54,869 nucleotides of DNA from a virus (taxonomy: Duplodnaviria; Caudoviricetes), in IMG/VR virus record IMGVR_UViG_3300021371_000021, positions 1-54,869 of that record. One strand, written 5' to 3'. Position 1 is the stretch's first letter; the number at the start of each line of letters is the position of its first letter. The notes beneath the pieces were generated by a model. The model did no database searches. It was not told the DNA's origin and saw nothing but the letters and a program-made list of their open reading frames with translations. Below, piece by piece: positions 18,850 through 27,599 of this stretch. A program made the translations under genes and the position numbers.

Positions 18850-19136
18850 TACGCTTTCCGTTCACGAGTGCTTTTTTCTGAGACTAACTTGCCTTTTGAG
18901 TTGCGCTTGAACGAACGGTTAGCACCGGCTGATTCTACTTTAGTATTGCCTGAGTTCTTTCCACCCTTAGATATAGCCTTTTTGTGTGCTATGTCTTTAC
19001 CGTCGCCCTTACTGACTTTGCCTTCTTTTGCAGCTTTGCGTCGAGCAGCATTACGTTTTGCGCGGTTCTTCTTTTGCTCTTCTGTACCCTGATACTTAGC
19101 GTACTCAGCTTTGTAGTCTCGTTTTTTAGCGGTCAT
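18849..19136 (-). CDS. small basic HNH-like protein
   Basis: RDYKAEY...GDGKDIAHKKAISKGGKN...ANRS pattern. Confidence 0.6.
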   Translation of the reverse strand: MTAKKRDYKAEYAKYQGTEEQKKNRAKRNAARRKAAKEGKVSKGDGKDIAHKKAISKGGKNSGNTKVESAGANRSFKRNSKGKLVSEKSTRERKA

Positions 19137-19138
19137 AA

Positions 19139-19801
19139 TTATTTCCTATTGTGTTCACATTTAGTTACCGGACAGTACGCACACAGTGGACCCGATACAG
19201 CGTTCCACACATCATACTTTTCCGCAGAAGCTAGAGCCTCTAAAGGTTCATCGAAGGTGGTATATAAAAGCTCGTGCTCGTCTCGTGTATGCACTTTCTT
19301 TACAAACTCATTGCTAACTACGTAAGCTAGCGCAGATTTTATGTATTGCACTTCAGGAAAATAAGTAAAAGTCGCCGCTGCTAATATGTCGAGCTGTGCA
19401 GTATCCGCGTACTTTGCACTTTTTCCGGTCTTGTAGTCTATTAAAAACGCTTTGTCGTGGTTTACTATTACTAGGTCAGCGATACCACGCCACCATACAT
19501 CTCTGGCAAAGAACTTAGTCTTCTTATGTTTTTCTCCGTCATAAGATATACCAAAACGTAATTCACAATGCTTGTCCCCTTCAATGTTAGACAGAGAATC
19601 TAATATCGGATTCATGTAGGAGAATTTTTTAGGGATTTCAATTCCATCTTTAATAAACTCCTCGGCTGCTTTATGAACTTGGTTTCCATACACAAGGGCT
19701 TGACTACCTTTATCCTTCACGTCCTTAGCTACCTTCAAGTGGTAGTATTTTTTAGGGCATTGCTTGAACGTGCTTATACTACTGTAACTCCAAGCTGTCA
19801 T
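19139..19801 (-). CDS. PD-(D/E)xK Cas4/AddB-like exonuclease
   Basis: SYSSISTFKQCP, GNQVH, GIAD, IDYKTG and C-terminal CxxC-x4-C; ATGA coupling at 19801. Confidence 0.85.
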   Translation of the reverse strand: MTAWSYSSISTFKQCPKKYYHLKVAKDVKDKGSQALVYGNQVHKAAEEFIKDGIEIPKKFSYMNPILDSLSNIEGDKHCELRFGISYDGEKHKKTKFFARDVWWRGIADLVIVNHDKAFLIDYKTGKSAKYADTAQLDILAAATFTYFPEVQYIKSALAYVVSNEFVKKVHTRDEHELLYTTFDEPLEALASAEKYDVWNAVSGPLCAYCPVTKCEHNRK

Positions 19802-20085
19802 TTTGAGCAGACCTTTTTTACTACCCATTCCCCGTTCTCGTACACATTTATGTTTTTACATGGCACAAGGTCTAGTGTGGGTAGTGCTATTGTAGATGTC
19901 CAAGGTAATACGAGTGGGGGTAAGCTGAGCTTAGGCAGAGCAGGTAAGTCTATAGGTGAATCACAAACTTGTCTTTGCACTAAAGCCGTTCTTACATTGT
20001 AGTCATGGTCCACCCACACGTATCTACATTCCGCCGTACTTATTTGAGCGAGCAGGCATAGCGTAGCTATAAACAATAATCTCAT
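19798..20085 (-). CDS. small protein with a predicted signal peptide
   Basis: MRLLFIATLCLLAQISTA N-terminus, four Cys in the mature part; ATGA coupling on both sides. Confidence 0.65.
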   Translation of the reverse strand: MRLLFIATLCLLAQISTAECRYVWVDHDYNVRTALVQRQVCDSPIDLPALPKLSLPPLVLPWTSTIALPTLDLVPCKNINVYENGEWVVKKVCSK

Positions 20086-20501
20086 AACAACCCCTGTTTT
20101 ATTAGTTTCTGACGGTTAGCTTCATGTAGCATTGCAATAGTGTCTTTACTCTGCCCGGAGTAGGGTACAGCGAGAAAGTTGTCTACAAGTTCTTTACATA
20201 GCCACTTGTCGTAAACTTTAAAGTCACCTAAGTACCTACCAAACTTACCCTTATCTAAAGTTCTTAGCGTGCAGGTCGTTCCGACTTTGAGGAAGTCTTG
20301 TACAAACTTCTTTGCGAGAAGCCCATGTGCTTTTGTTTCCACAGTTCCTCCGCGAGATTCGGGAGCATCAATGCCAAACAAACGAATCCGACCATTGTTA
20401 CCGCGTACCCAACAACCAAAACCCAAATCAACATCGACATCTACAGTATCTCCATCAATTACACGCACTACCGTACAGTTAAACACATATGGATCACTCA
20501 T
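20082..20501 (-). CDS. thermonuclease (staphylococcal nuclease-like)
   Basis: RVIDGDT, IRLFGIDAPE and KFGRYL motifs; ATG at 20501 with SD chosen over 20621. Confidence 0.9.
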   Translation of the reverse strand: MSDPYVFNCTVVRVIDGDTVDVDVDLGFGCWVRGNNGRIRLFGIDAPESRGGTVETKAHGLLAKKFVQDFLKVGTTCTLRTLDKGKFGRYLGDFKVYDKWLCKELVDNFLAVPYSGQSKDTIAMLHEANRQKLIKQGLL

Positions 20502-20628
20502 CCTCAATCTCCTTGTGGTCTGTTCTGGTATGAGAGCATATAAGACACACATCGAAAGCATCGTAGTAAGGTTTGGTGCATATGGTTTTTGACTCTTCTT
20601 GCATAGGTTCAGCTGTTTCATTTTGCAT
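20494..20628 (-). CDS. 44-aa hypothetical protein (not in ORF track)
   Basis: MQNETAEPMQ...CLICSH...EIEDE; SD ggagga; overlaps both neighbours. Confidence 0.45.
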   Translation of the reverse strand: MQNETAEPMQEESKTICTKPYYDAFDVCLICSHTRTDHKEIEDE

Positions 20629-20740
20629 CTTGCTTCTCCTCCACGTAGTCCTCTAACTTTTCTACTACTTCAGTAAGTCTATGTATAAGTTGCATAACTT
20701 CTTCTACATCTTCTTCGTCTAACTCTATAGTCAATTTCAT
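20618..20740 (-). CDS. 40-aa acidic coiled-coil protein (not in ORF track)
   Basis: MKLTIELDEEDVEEVMQLIHRL...; ATGA coupling to the upstream gene. Confidence 0.6.
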   Translation of the reverse strand: MKLTIELDEEDVEEVMQLIHRLTEVVEKLEDYVEEKQDAK

Positions 20741-20967
20741 TTGTTCTCTTTTATGCCGTGTATTTCTATAATGAGTTCTGCACAATGTATAATCTTCTGT
20801 AGATCAGTTAGACCACCTTTCTTTTTCCACCGTGAAACATACTTAACGATGTTACCCTCAAGCAACGACAAGCCGTTCTTCTCAGCATACTCTGCCGGTT
20901 GGATAGCCATATCCTTGTAATGGTTACCGCCAGTTTGTTTATCAAGTGCGTTTTTCATTAGCGTCAT
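20737..20967 (-). CDS. DUF3310 / SaV-like protein
   Basis: GGNHY...IQP...GNIVKYVSRWKKKGG..DLQK motif. Confidence 0.85.
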   Translation of the reverse strand: MTLMKNALDKQTGGNHYKDMAIQPAEYAEKNGLSLLEGNIVKYVSRWKKKGGLTDLQKIIHCAELIIEIHGIKENK

Positions 20968-21149
20968 TAGTGTAATGCTCCAGTAGTTTCTTCAACTGCA
21001 CCTTCTTCATCCACATAAATGTAGTCGGTGGTATCAGGCCAACTAGCAAGAAGTCCTTCCCATATCTTCTCAGCTTGTCGTAAGTCTTTTATGTCCTGCT
21101 TAAGTATAAGTAGCTCTCTTTTGAGCCTTGCCTTGGTTAGTCTTTTCAT
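20967..21149 (-). CDS. hypothetical protein
   Basis: SD gggag; TAATG coupling to the next gene. Confidence 0.65.
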   Translation of the reverse strand: MKRLTKARLKRELLILKQDIKDLRQAEKIWEGLLASWPDTTDYIYVDEEGAVEETTGALH

Positions 21150-21167
21150 AACTCCCCCCTTAGAATT

Positions 21168-21380
21168 TGGTGCGTACTTCCCTTCTTGGGGTAGGAAGTA
21201 CGACTAACCGTAGCGTGGCTTATTCGGCATGCACATACTGCTGGAGAACGAAGCTTATCTGGCACAAAGGGAGCACCGTGATAACCCGAGTTGGTAAGCT
21301 GTATTGCATACTGTGAGTGTTCTAGGCGTATGAAACCTACCCACCGCTCACTGGGGTTTTGGGGGCGATTGATAACCCCC
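21168..21380 (-). ncRNA. candidate structured RNA in the intergenic region after the polymerase gene
   Basis: Four successive stem-forming domains found by eye; no ORF with an SD in a genome that is otherwise gap-free here. Confidence 0.45.
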
Positions 21381-21385
21381 GTGGT

Positions 21386-23224
21386 CTAACATTCTCCATA
21401 TGAAGCTCCAAACCCCCCTTCGCAGTCCAAAGGTAACCCTTTAGCCCACTCAGGTGTTTGTTTCATGCAACTATATATGTAGCTCATAGCCTGTTCTGCT
21501 TCATCTTCTGGTGCTATACAACCTAACGCATCGTGAACAGTCATAACTACTTTGTACCTTTTAGCCACGAGGAGCAAGTGATGCCCAACGATTAATCTAG
21601 CTAGAGCTTGGCATATATTCTCAACTATTTTACCGCCGTATATCCTAGTAGGTATAACCGATCGACCCTTCTTTACGTCGTACAAAAACTCGTTCCTACC
21701 AGTTTCTTCGTTAGCTTCCATGCGCAAATTAGGATACTTTATGTATAGGCCGTTTGGTAATAGTATTCCCTTTTTACCGTCTACTTTAAGTAGTTGTCGT
21801 GTGCCTATATACTCTGTTTTGTTGTCCATCATTGCATATAGCGACCCTTCGCATCTTCGCCATAACGCAGTAATGTGAGAAGACCGCATCCGATATACCT
21901 TTATAATCCTGCCGCATTCGTTTGACTCAAGAGATACCCCCATAGACTTTAGCTGAGCCTGAAATTTATCCATTCCCATTCCGTAACCGCATCCAAGTAC
22001 CGTAGTCTTACCGACAAAACGTTCTTCTTTTGTAATCTTTTCCTCTGGTTTATCGTAAATCATTGATGCCATGATTTTATATACATCTAAACCTTCACTG
22101 AATGCGTCTAGCAAATTAAACTGCTCAGACAGCCACGCCAGAGTCCTAGCTTCTATTTGAGAAGAGTCACAGTCTAAGAATGTATAACCTTGAGGAGCTA
22201 ACATAGCGTTCTTGAGAATAGAACCACGAGGTAAGTTCTGCATGTTTATCTTATCGGCTCCGCCCCAACGTCCTGTGTGCGCTGCATAGTATTTAAGCGG
22301 TATAGGTAATGACCCCCTGTTACCTATTCCTATAAAGCGTTCTGTCCTAGTCTCTTCAATAGTGGACTTTACCCCTAGCCGTGCACTCACAAGTATCTGG
22401 ACTACTGGGTTCTCGTGTTCCTTTAGTGCTTGGAAAGCTTCATCTGTTTTAGCAAAAGCTAAAGTTTCCTTGCCAGTGGTTGGACTAGTTTTTACAGGGG
22501 GTATTACTCCTTGCGCTTCAAGAAGCTCAGCAAACTGAGGGTTGCTCATTATCTGTTCCCTCTGTACACCGGCCTTGCCTAACCATTCTGCTTTCTTTTC
22601 TTTCAGTTCCTGTAGGTGGTTCTCCAGTAAGAAAGTACCTACTTCTAGTACCGGCTCGGTAAACATCCTCAAGGTCAAGTCTACAAGTTTCAACTCTTCT
22701 ACAGGAAAGCCCTCGTCCATTAAACACTTAAACAACTTAAAGGTTAGCTCAGCATCGTTCTTGCAGTACCCTGCGTAAGCCGTTAGCTCTTGCTCAGAAA
22801 AATCTTTGGTGTGCTTACCCATAGCATCCAGAACTTCTGTGCCTTTTTTGCCTATGTTGTAGTGTTCTGACAGAGCTTTTAAACTACCTCCAACTTGAGT
22901 TCCATGTATTGCCCTAGCCATAGATAGCGTATCGGCTATTCGACTAGGTTTTATATCAAACCGCCAGTTCATAATAGCCATATCGAACATAGCGTTGTGG
23001 GCAACGGTGAGTGAGTTTTTCCAATCAAACTTATTTAAAAATTGTTTTGTATCTTCGTGGTTCCCAGAGAACCAAGTGCTAGAACTAGCACTACTATCAT
23101 CAACGTGTACGGCTACACCGATGACTTCAAACTGTGGGTCTCTGATATACTGTTCAGTTGTAAGCTTGGATAAACTGTAAGCTCTATCGTAATAAGTCTC
23201 AAAGTCTATTGTTAAAATTTTCAT
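21386..23224 (-). CDS. polA: family A DNA polymerase with 3'-5' exonuclease
   Basis: DFETY and AHNAMFD exonuclease motifs; HTGRW, NMQNLP, motif A DSSQIEAR, motif B RFVGKTTVLGCGYG, motif C TVHD. Confidence 0.95.
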   Translation of the reverse strand: MKILTIDFETYYDRAYSLSKLTTEQYIRDPQFEVIGVAVHVDDSSASSSTWFSGNHEDTKQFLNKFDWKNSLTVAHNAMFDMAIMNWRFDIKPSRIADTLSMARAIHGTQVGGSLKALSEHYNIGKKGTEVLDAMGKHTKDFSEQELTAYAGYCKNDAELTFKLFKCLMDEGFPVEELKLVDLTLRMFTEPVLEVGTFLLENHLQELKEKKAEWLGKAGVQREQIMSNPQFAELLEAQGVIPPVKTSPTTGKETLAFAKTDEAFQALKEHENPVVQILVSARLGVKSTIEETRTERFIGIGNRGSLPIPLKYYAAHTGRWGGADKINMQNLPRGSILKNAMLAPQGYTFLDCDSSQIEARTLAWLSEQFNLLDAFSEGLDVYKIMASMIYDKPEEKITKEERFVGKTTVLGCGYGMGMDKFQAQLKSMGVSLESNECGRIIKVYRMRSSHITALWRRCEGSLYAMMDNKTEYIGTRQLLKVDGKKGILLPNGLYIKYPNLRMEANEETGRNEFLYDVKKGRSVIPTRIYGGKIVENICQALARLIVGHHLLLVAKRYKVVMTVHDALGCIAPEDEAEQAMSYIYSCMKQTPEWAKGLPLDCEGGFGASYGEC

Positions 23225-23239
23225 ACTGCCCAGTCCATC

Positions 23240-23533
23240 TTAAGTCTGCCCATCTATTATATCTTCAAGTTCATTCATATTGTTTTCGTTGATAACGATA
23301 GCAGTACCACCGGCTTTGCGGATAGCCTCGATCTCTAAATCTTGTAGGGGTGTAGTCTTGCCTTTACCGGCTTTGCATTCGACAGCTAAAAACTTACCGC
23401 CAAAACAACACACGACATCGGGTACACCACTGCGCCCCATGCCAAACGAGGCAGGGAAGAAATAGTAAATACCGTTAGCTTTCAGTATCTTAACTACTTT
23501 GTCTTTGACTTTCTTTTCAGGAGTTTTTGCCAT
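23240..23533 (-). CDS. VRR-NUC nuclease / Holliday junction resolvase
   Basis: TPE...GVPD...AVECK...TPLQ motif. Confidence 0.9.
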   Translation of the reverse strand: MAKTPEKKVKDKVVKILKANGIYYFFPASFGMGRSGVPDVVCCFGGKFLAVECKAGKGKTTPLQDLEIEAIRKAGGTAIVINENNMNELEDIIDGQT

Positions 23534-23539
23534 TCAGGG

Positions 23540-23568
23540 AGTATAGGGGAAATGGTTTACAGTGTCAA
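23540..23568 (-). promoter_or_regulatory. sigma70 promoter TTGACA-17-TATACT, predicted leaderless transcript
   Basis: Minus strand ttgacactgtaaaccatttcccctatact, then 6 nt, then ATG. Confidence 0.75.
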
Positions 23569-23584
23569 CCCTTTTATTGGGGAC

Positions 23585-23612
23585 AAAAAAAAGCCCCGCA
23601 CAAGGCGAGGCT
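23585..23612 (-). terminator. rho-independent terminator ending the early operon
   Basis: Minus strand agcctcgc-cttgt-gcggggct followed by a T run. Confidence 0.85.
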
Positions 23613-23623
23613 AAAAGGGGTAG

Positions 23624-23645
23624 GAGTTTAGTTTAGACTAAACTG
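23624..23645. repeat. 22-bp palindrome, copy 1 (2 mismatches)
   Basis: gagtttagtttagactaaactg. Confidence 0.9.
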
Positions 23646-23659
23646 TTTCGGTTGGGTTA

Positions 23660-23803
23660 CTATTCTCTTATTCCCCCCTCATCCTGATCTGCAAGATACT
23701 CTTGGTATTGTATCTCAGCTTCGAGGGGGTCTACATAGTCATCTTCCTGCGTCATAAGATAACGGTTAAGGTCTACCATCACTGGGTCTTTATCTCTATT
23801 CAT
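23660..23803 (-). CDS. 47-aa acidic hypothetical protein (not in ORF track)
   Basis: MNRDKDPVMVDLNRYL...; SD gaggag; TGATG coupling. Confidence 0.6.
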   Translation of the reverse strand: MNRDKDPVMVDLNRYLMTQEDDYVDPLEAEIQYQEYLADQDEGGIRE

Positions 23804-24030
23804 CACTTGTTCTCCTCTATTGACCCAAAAATTTTAAGTTCCATTTCCATCCGCTTCGATTCGCGTAACGTCTGCGCGTAGTGATCGGCAATATCATCTT
23901 TATATGTTCGAGCAAGGGGTACTTCTTTTTTCCTCTCGTTCTCCCGCTCTTCAAGAATACCTTTTACCTCCGCTAGCAAACTTTTTAAATCTGCCGTTCT
24001 CCATGTGTTGTAATCCCAATCATCACTCAT
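23803..24030 (-). CDS. hypothetical protein
   Basis: SD aaggag upstream. Confidence 0.7.
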   Translation of the reverse strand: MSDDWDYNTWRTADLKSLLAEVKGILEERENERKKEVPLARTYKDDIADHYAQTLRESKRMEMELKIFGSIEENK

Positions 24031-24056
24031 CGCTTGTTCTCCTTATTGTTTGTGGG

Positions 24057-24920
24057 TTACCAGTCAAACTGACCAAGAATAGAGTCAACCTTAGACTTCA
24101 TGTTTTCACGGATAGCCGGTGAGTCTTTAATCACCTCGATGTCCGCACCTTCCATAGTTCGTTGTAGCATAACCCTAGCTCTATCTAGCTCTGGGTCATT
24201 GGTTACATTGAGATGCCCAAGGAAGTCACATAGTTCTTTCGGATTACTAACAAAGCTATCGTAGAATCTCTTGGGGGTATCATCTTCGTTCTCGGTCAAC
24301 TTACCGCTCATACTAGTAAGCGTAGTGTGCAACCTATCCCAAGCAGTGTTCATTGCGTTCTGAACCTTGCTTTTACTTTCTTCTTCTAGCTCTTGCCTCA
24401 AGTCATCTAAGTCTTGGGCAGGTAAGTCTACGTATGGGTGACCAGTCAGAGGAACCAGTTTAGTTTTCAACTCCCAAGAGTACTTAGCATAGACATCGTT
24501 TACATCTGGGTAGTCTGCTTCTTCAGCCATATCGCCTAGGTAGTTAGCTGAAATCTGCTTGAGCCGGTCATAGTGCTCACAGATGTAATCTCTGCGCCTA
24601 TAGAACTCACTGCTAAGCTTACCGTTCTTCTCACTAAAGTCAGTCTTGAAAGGAAGGTACAGGCTAGTAGAGATCAACCTGTCACCCATATCATCCCAAG
24701 GCAGAGTGCGAACCGAATACTCATTGCGACTTTTGTTGGCATACTTAGTTAGTTCACTTACGTAGTTAGAACCTACCATAAGGTCTTTGATAACCTTGCC
24801 TGCCTTCTTGTCTGCTCGTGCTCTCACAGTCAGATCGTCTGTCTGCTTCTTGTCTATCTTCTTAGCTGTCCATGTGGATATGCTAAGCCTTACTAACATT
24901 GCGCTACTTGAAATACTCAT
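24057..24920 (-). CDS. conserved phage protein, DUF3150-like
   Basis: MLVRLSISTW...TLPW...LNVTNDPEL pattern; SD aaggag; follows the AAA/vWA pair. The family call is tentative. Confidence 0.55.
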   Translation of the reverse strand: MSISSSAMLVRLSISTWTAKKIDKKQTDDLTVRARADKKAGKVIKDLMVGSNYVSELTKYANKSRNEYSVRTLPWDDMGDRLISTSLYLPFKTDFSEKNGKLSSEFYRRRDYICEHYDRLKQISANYLGDMAEEADYPDVNDVYAKYSWELKTKLVPLTGHPYVDLPAQDLDDLRQELEEESKSKVQNAMNTAWDRLHTTLTSMSGKLTENEDDTPKRFYDSFVSNPKELCDFLGHLNVTNDPELDRARVMLQRTMEGADIEVIKDSPAIRENMKSKVDSILGQFDW

Positions 24921-24946
24921 ACTGTTTCTCCTTAAAGGTTAAGTTT

Positions 24947-24968
24947 CAGTTTAGTCTGAACTAAACTG
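24947..24968. repeat. 22-bp palindrome, copy 2
   Basis: cagtttagtctgaactaaactg. Confidence 0.95.
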
Positions 24969-24982
24969 CATGGGTCTTACGG

Positions 24983-25231
24983 TTACTTTTCGGGTCTACC
25001 TGCTAGCTTACATACAGCGTACATAGCACTCGACATTGTTTTAGTCTCGCGTACTGAGTCCTCTGCATCACAGTCATACACATGATGCGTATAGAATGAC
25101 TCTCCACCATTATCGGAGCGCGACCATTTCTTCTGGTATCGTTCACAGTCATCCAGAATGTCATAGACAGCCTGCAGTTGCTCTGTTGACACCACATAGT
25201 GTTTGTCAGTTACCTCCAATATAAACTTCAT
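24983..25231 (-). CDS. hypothetical protein
   Basis: ATGA coupling to the vWA gene. Confidence 0.7.
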   Translation of the reverse strand: MKFILEVTDKHYVVSTEQLQAVYDILDDCERYQKKWSRSDNGGESFYTHHVYDCDAEDSVRETKTMSSAMYAVCKLAGRPEK

Positions 25232-26460
25232 ACTCTTCTCTCCAGTTGAATTGTTTTGCCCACCGGCGCGGTTATCTTACTGTGTGGGTTGTGTATGCCC
25301 CACAACACAGGGCAGTCCCACTTACCCCAACCCATCACTTCACCATCTGTCAGTACAACAGTGGCATCGGGTTTGATCTGCTTCTCACGTAAGTAGTCAG
25401 CAACACAGCTTGGGTCTGTACCTCCTCCACCATGAGGTTTAGTCAGAGTGCGCCAGTTCTTAAAGTTACTGCTTGTATACTCCTCGTGTGCACACACATC
25501 TCCATCCCAGTACATCAGGTGTATCTTGGCTATCTCTAGCTGTGTAGCCATACCCTCTACCTCTGACATACACACCTCAAAGGAATCATCGAAGAACATG
25601 GACCCAGACACATCGGGGGCAACGACCAGTTCTTTGATACACTGTCCCTTCATAATGGGCATCACCAGACCAGTGGTTACCCAGAACCTACGGTCGATGC
25701 GATCGTAAGAAGCATTGACGGGCTTACTACACGTCGCTCGTAGCCAGTGCTTCATCTGCTCGACCCAGTCGATCTTAGGTGCAAGCAGCCCACCAAGTGC
25801 TAGCGCACCCTCACCTTTGCCCTTGCCTGCTTTCTTTGCAGCCATAATACCTTGGCGTATAGCGGAGTTGACCTCTGCCTTGAGTGCTTCTTTCTCCTCG
25901 CTGGACATACCTTTAGCACCTTCCCAGTCATGGTCGTCCAGACCACCAGAGCCACCATCTCCATCGCCACCATCTCCATCGCCATCATCATCCTTATCTT
26001 TCTCGGCATAGATAATGTCAAAGATTTGTTTGATCGCCATACCCTTGAACCTTTCGTCAATAAGACCTACCGGATTACCTTCGGGGTCTTTGGGCATAGC
26101 GACAATCGTTTCCTGTGGGTCCGATGCTACTATGGTCTGGTTAATCCAATAGTCACAGGCTTGGTTCGCAGTACTGGCGCACAACCTATGTAGTTTCTCG
26201 TATATCTCAAGATGCCTACCGGCTTTGTGCCAATTCTCATGCAGGGTAATGAACCCTGCGCCTTTATCCCCCCACTGAAAGATAAAGTCAGGGTTGTACT
26301 TCTCGTCCCTACCGTTCGTACAGGCAGTAGGTACATCCCTTGTGAACTCTCGTGTGCCTGTCATCATGATGGGTCCAAGCTCAACGAACTTATCGCTCCT
26401 CATAATCTCAATGCGTTTACGTTTAAACCTACGTAGCTTTTGATCATCTGTTAGTTCCAT
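25228..26460 (-). CDS. metallopeptidase plus vWA domain protein (DUF2201-like)
   Basis: TACTNG, LHENWH (HExxH), Asp/Gly linker, MIDAS DVSGS...GGGGT...TDG. Confidence 0.85.
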   Translation of the reverse strand: MELTDDQKLRRFKRKRIEIMRSDKFVELGPIMMTGTREFTRDVPTACTNGRDEKYNPDFIFQWGDKGAGFITLHENWHKAGRHLEIYEKLHRLCASTANQACDYWINQTIVASDPQETIVAMPKDPEGNPVGLIDERFKGMAIKQIFDIIYAEKDKDDDGDGDGGDGDGGSGGLDDHDWEGAKGMSSEEKEALKAEVNSAIRQGIMAAKKAGKGKGEGALALGGLLAPKIDWVEQMKHWLRATCSKPVNASYDRIDRRFWVTTGLVMPIMKGQCIKELVVAPDVSGSMFFDDSFEVCMSEVEGMATQLEIAKIHLMYWDGDVCAHEEYTSSNFKNWRTLTKPHGGGGTDPSCVADYLREKQIKPDATVVLTDGEVMGWGKWDCPVLWGIHNPHSKITAPVGKTIQLERRV

Positions 26461-26469
26461 ACGGTTCTC

Positions 26470-27570
26470 CTATAGTAAGTCTTGGTTACGTTCAGCCCAC
26501 TCTGCGAACGCTCGTGAGGTAAAGGCTAGCCTACGCTTAGCATCAGTAGAGTTAGGACCGGCTAGACTCACACCAAAGATCACTTGAAACTCCTCGGTAT
26601 CATAGTCTGCATCGTCCCTGCTTATGTACGTCATGAACGAATCCAAATCTTCCTTGTCCTTGATATGCTCCAGTGCACTGAACGTCAGTACTGCACAAGC
26701 CCCTGCATTCGGGGGCAGTGGGGCTGTCGTTGGGTTAGCTTTGATCTCGCTCCAAGGAGTCATAGACTCATGATGCTGTATGAAATGCGTGATTGAATTA
26801 GCCGCTGATGCACCTACGGTACCAACCAGAGCCGCCTTCAACGCATTGGCTGAGTAGCCATGGCGCGTCTTGACCAAGTTACTTGCAAGCTCCAGTGTCC
26901 TTGGCGTTACCACTGAACCCTGTCCCACAACGTCAGGGTCAAAAATATAGGGGTTGTTTTTCTGTCCGCTGTCTCGGTAAGAAGCCAAGCAGTCAGAGTT
27001 TCTACTCACCCATGCCATGATGATTGGTTCAATGTCGTTGTCAGCCGCCCACACCAACCACTCGTCACTATCTGGTTTACATATCTCAACAAACGAGACG
27101 CGCATTTTACTGTGGGCTTTGAGACTGTCGCCAACCCCATCGCTTTCGAGGTTACCTGTCATGAACACAATGCTACCTTCGGGTAATGGTAGGTCACCCA
27201 GTCGGGGGTCTTTGACTTCCAACAGTGGGTGCAATGTATTCTTCACCTCATCAGAACCTTTGGTGAACTCATCAAGGCATATGATGACCGGCTTACCCTC
27301 GTGCAGTCTGAATCTTGCGTTGGGGTAGTACTGTAGCGTCTTGGTCTGCATATCAGGTATCGGTATAGCACCATCGCCTATGCCCATGTTGGGTACATCA
27401 ATGATTGCATATGGGTAACCAGTTCTACGTGACAGCTCTGCCACAATGCTTGTCTTACCAACGCCCGGCTCACCTGCCAGATAGAATTTGTTACTGGGGT
27501 TACACGCTAGCATTGCCGGTGCTTCCACCAAAGTTACTGTGACACGATCTTCTAGTTTTACATTTTCCAT
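26470..27570 (-). CDS. MoxR-like AAA+ ATPase
   Basis: Walker A GEPGVGKT, Walker B ICLDE, TGN and TPR motifs. Confidence 0.9.
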   Translation of the reverse strand: MENVKLEDRVTVTLVEAPAMLACNPSNKFYLAGEPGVGKTSIVAELSRRTGYPYAIIDVPNMGIGDGAIPIPDMQTKTLQYYPNARFRLHEGKPVIICLDEFTKGSDEVKNTLHPLLEVKDPRLGDLPLPEGSIVFMTGNLESDGVGDSLKAHSKMRVSFVEICKPDSDEWLVWAADNDIEPIIMAWVSRNSDCLASYRDSGQKNNPYIFDPDVVGQGSVVTPRTLELASNLVKTRHGYSANALKAALVGTVGASAANSITHFIQHHESMTPWSEIKANPTTAPLPPNAGACAVLTFSALEHIKDKEDLDSFMTYISRDDADYDTEEFQVIFGVSLAGPNSTDAKRRLAFTSRAFAEWAERNQDLL

Positions 27571-27599
27571 ACTGTACTCCGTTAAGTTTAATTTATGTA

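Noticed and set aside
19139-19801. Cas4-like gene as evidence of a CRISPR system
   Set aside because: Stand-alone Cas4-like exonucleases are ordinary in phage replication modules, and no array or other cas gene is present.
21168-21380. tRNA or tmRNA gene
   Set aside because: I found no cloverleaf, T-loop GTTCRA or tag reading frame. It is kept only as an unclassified RNA candidate.
24456-24464. Half-site cagtttagt inside a CDS
   Set aside because: A single 9-mer with no second arm is compatible with chance.
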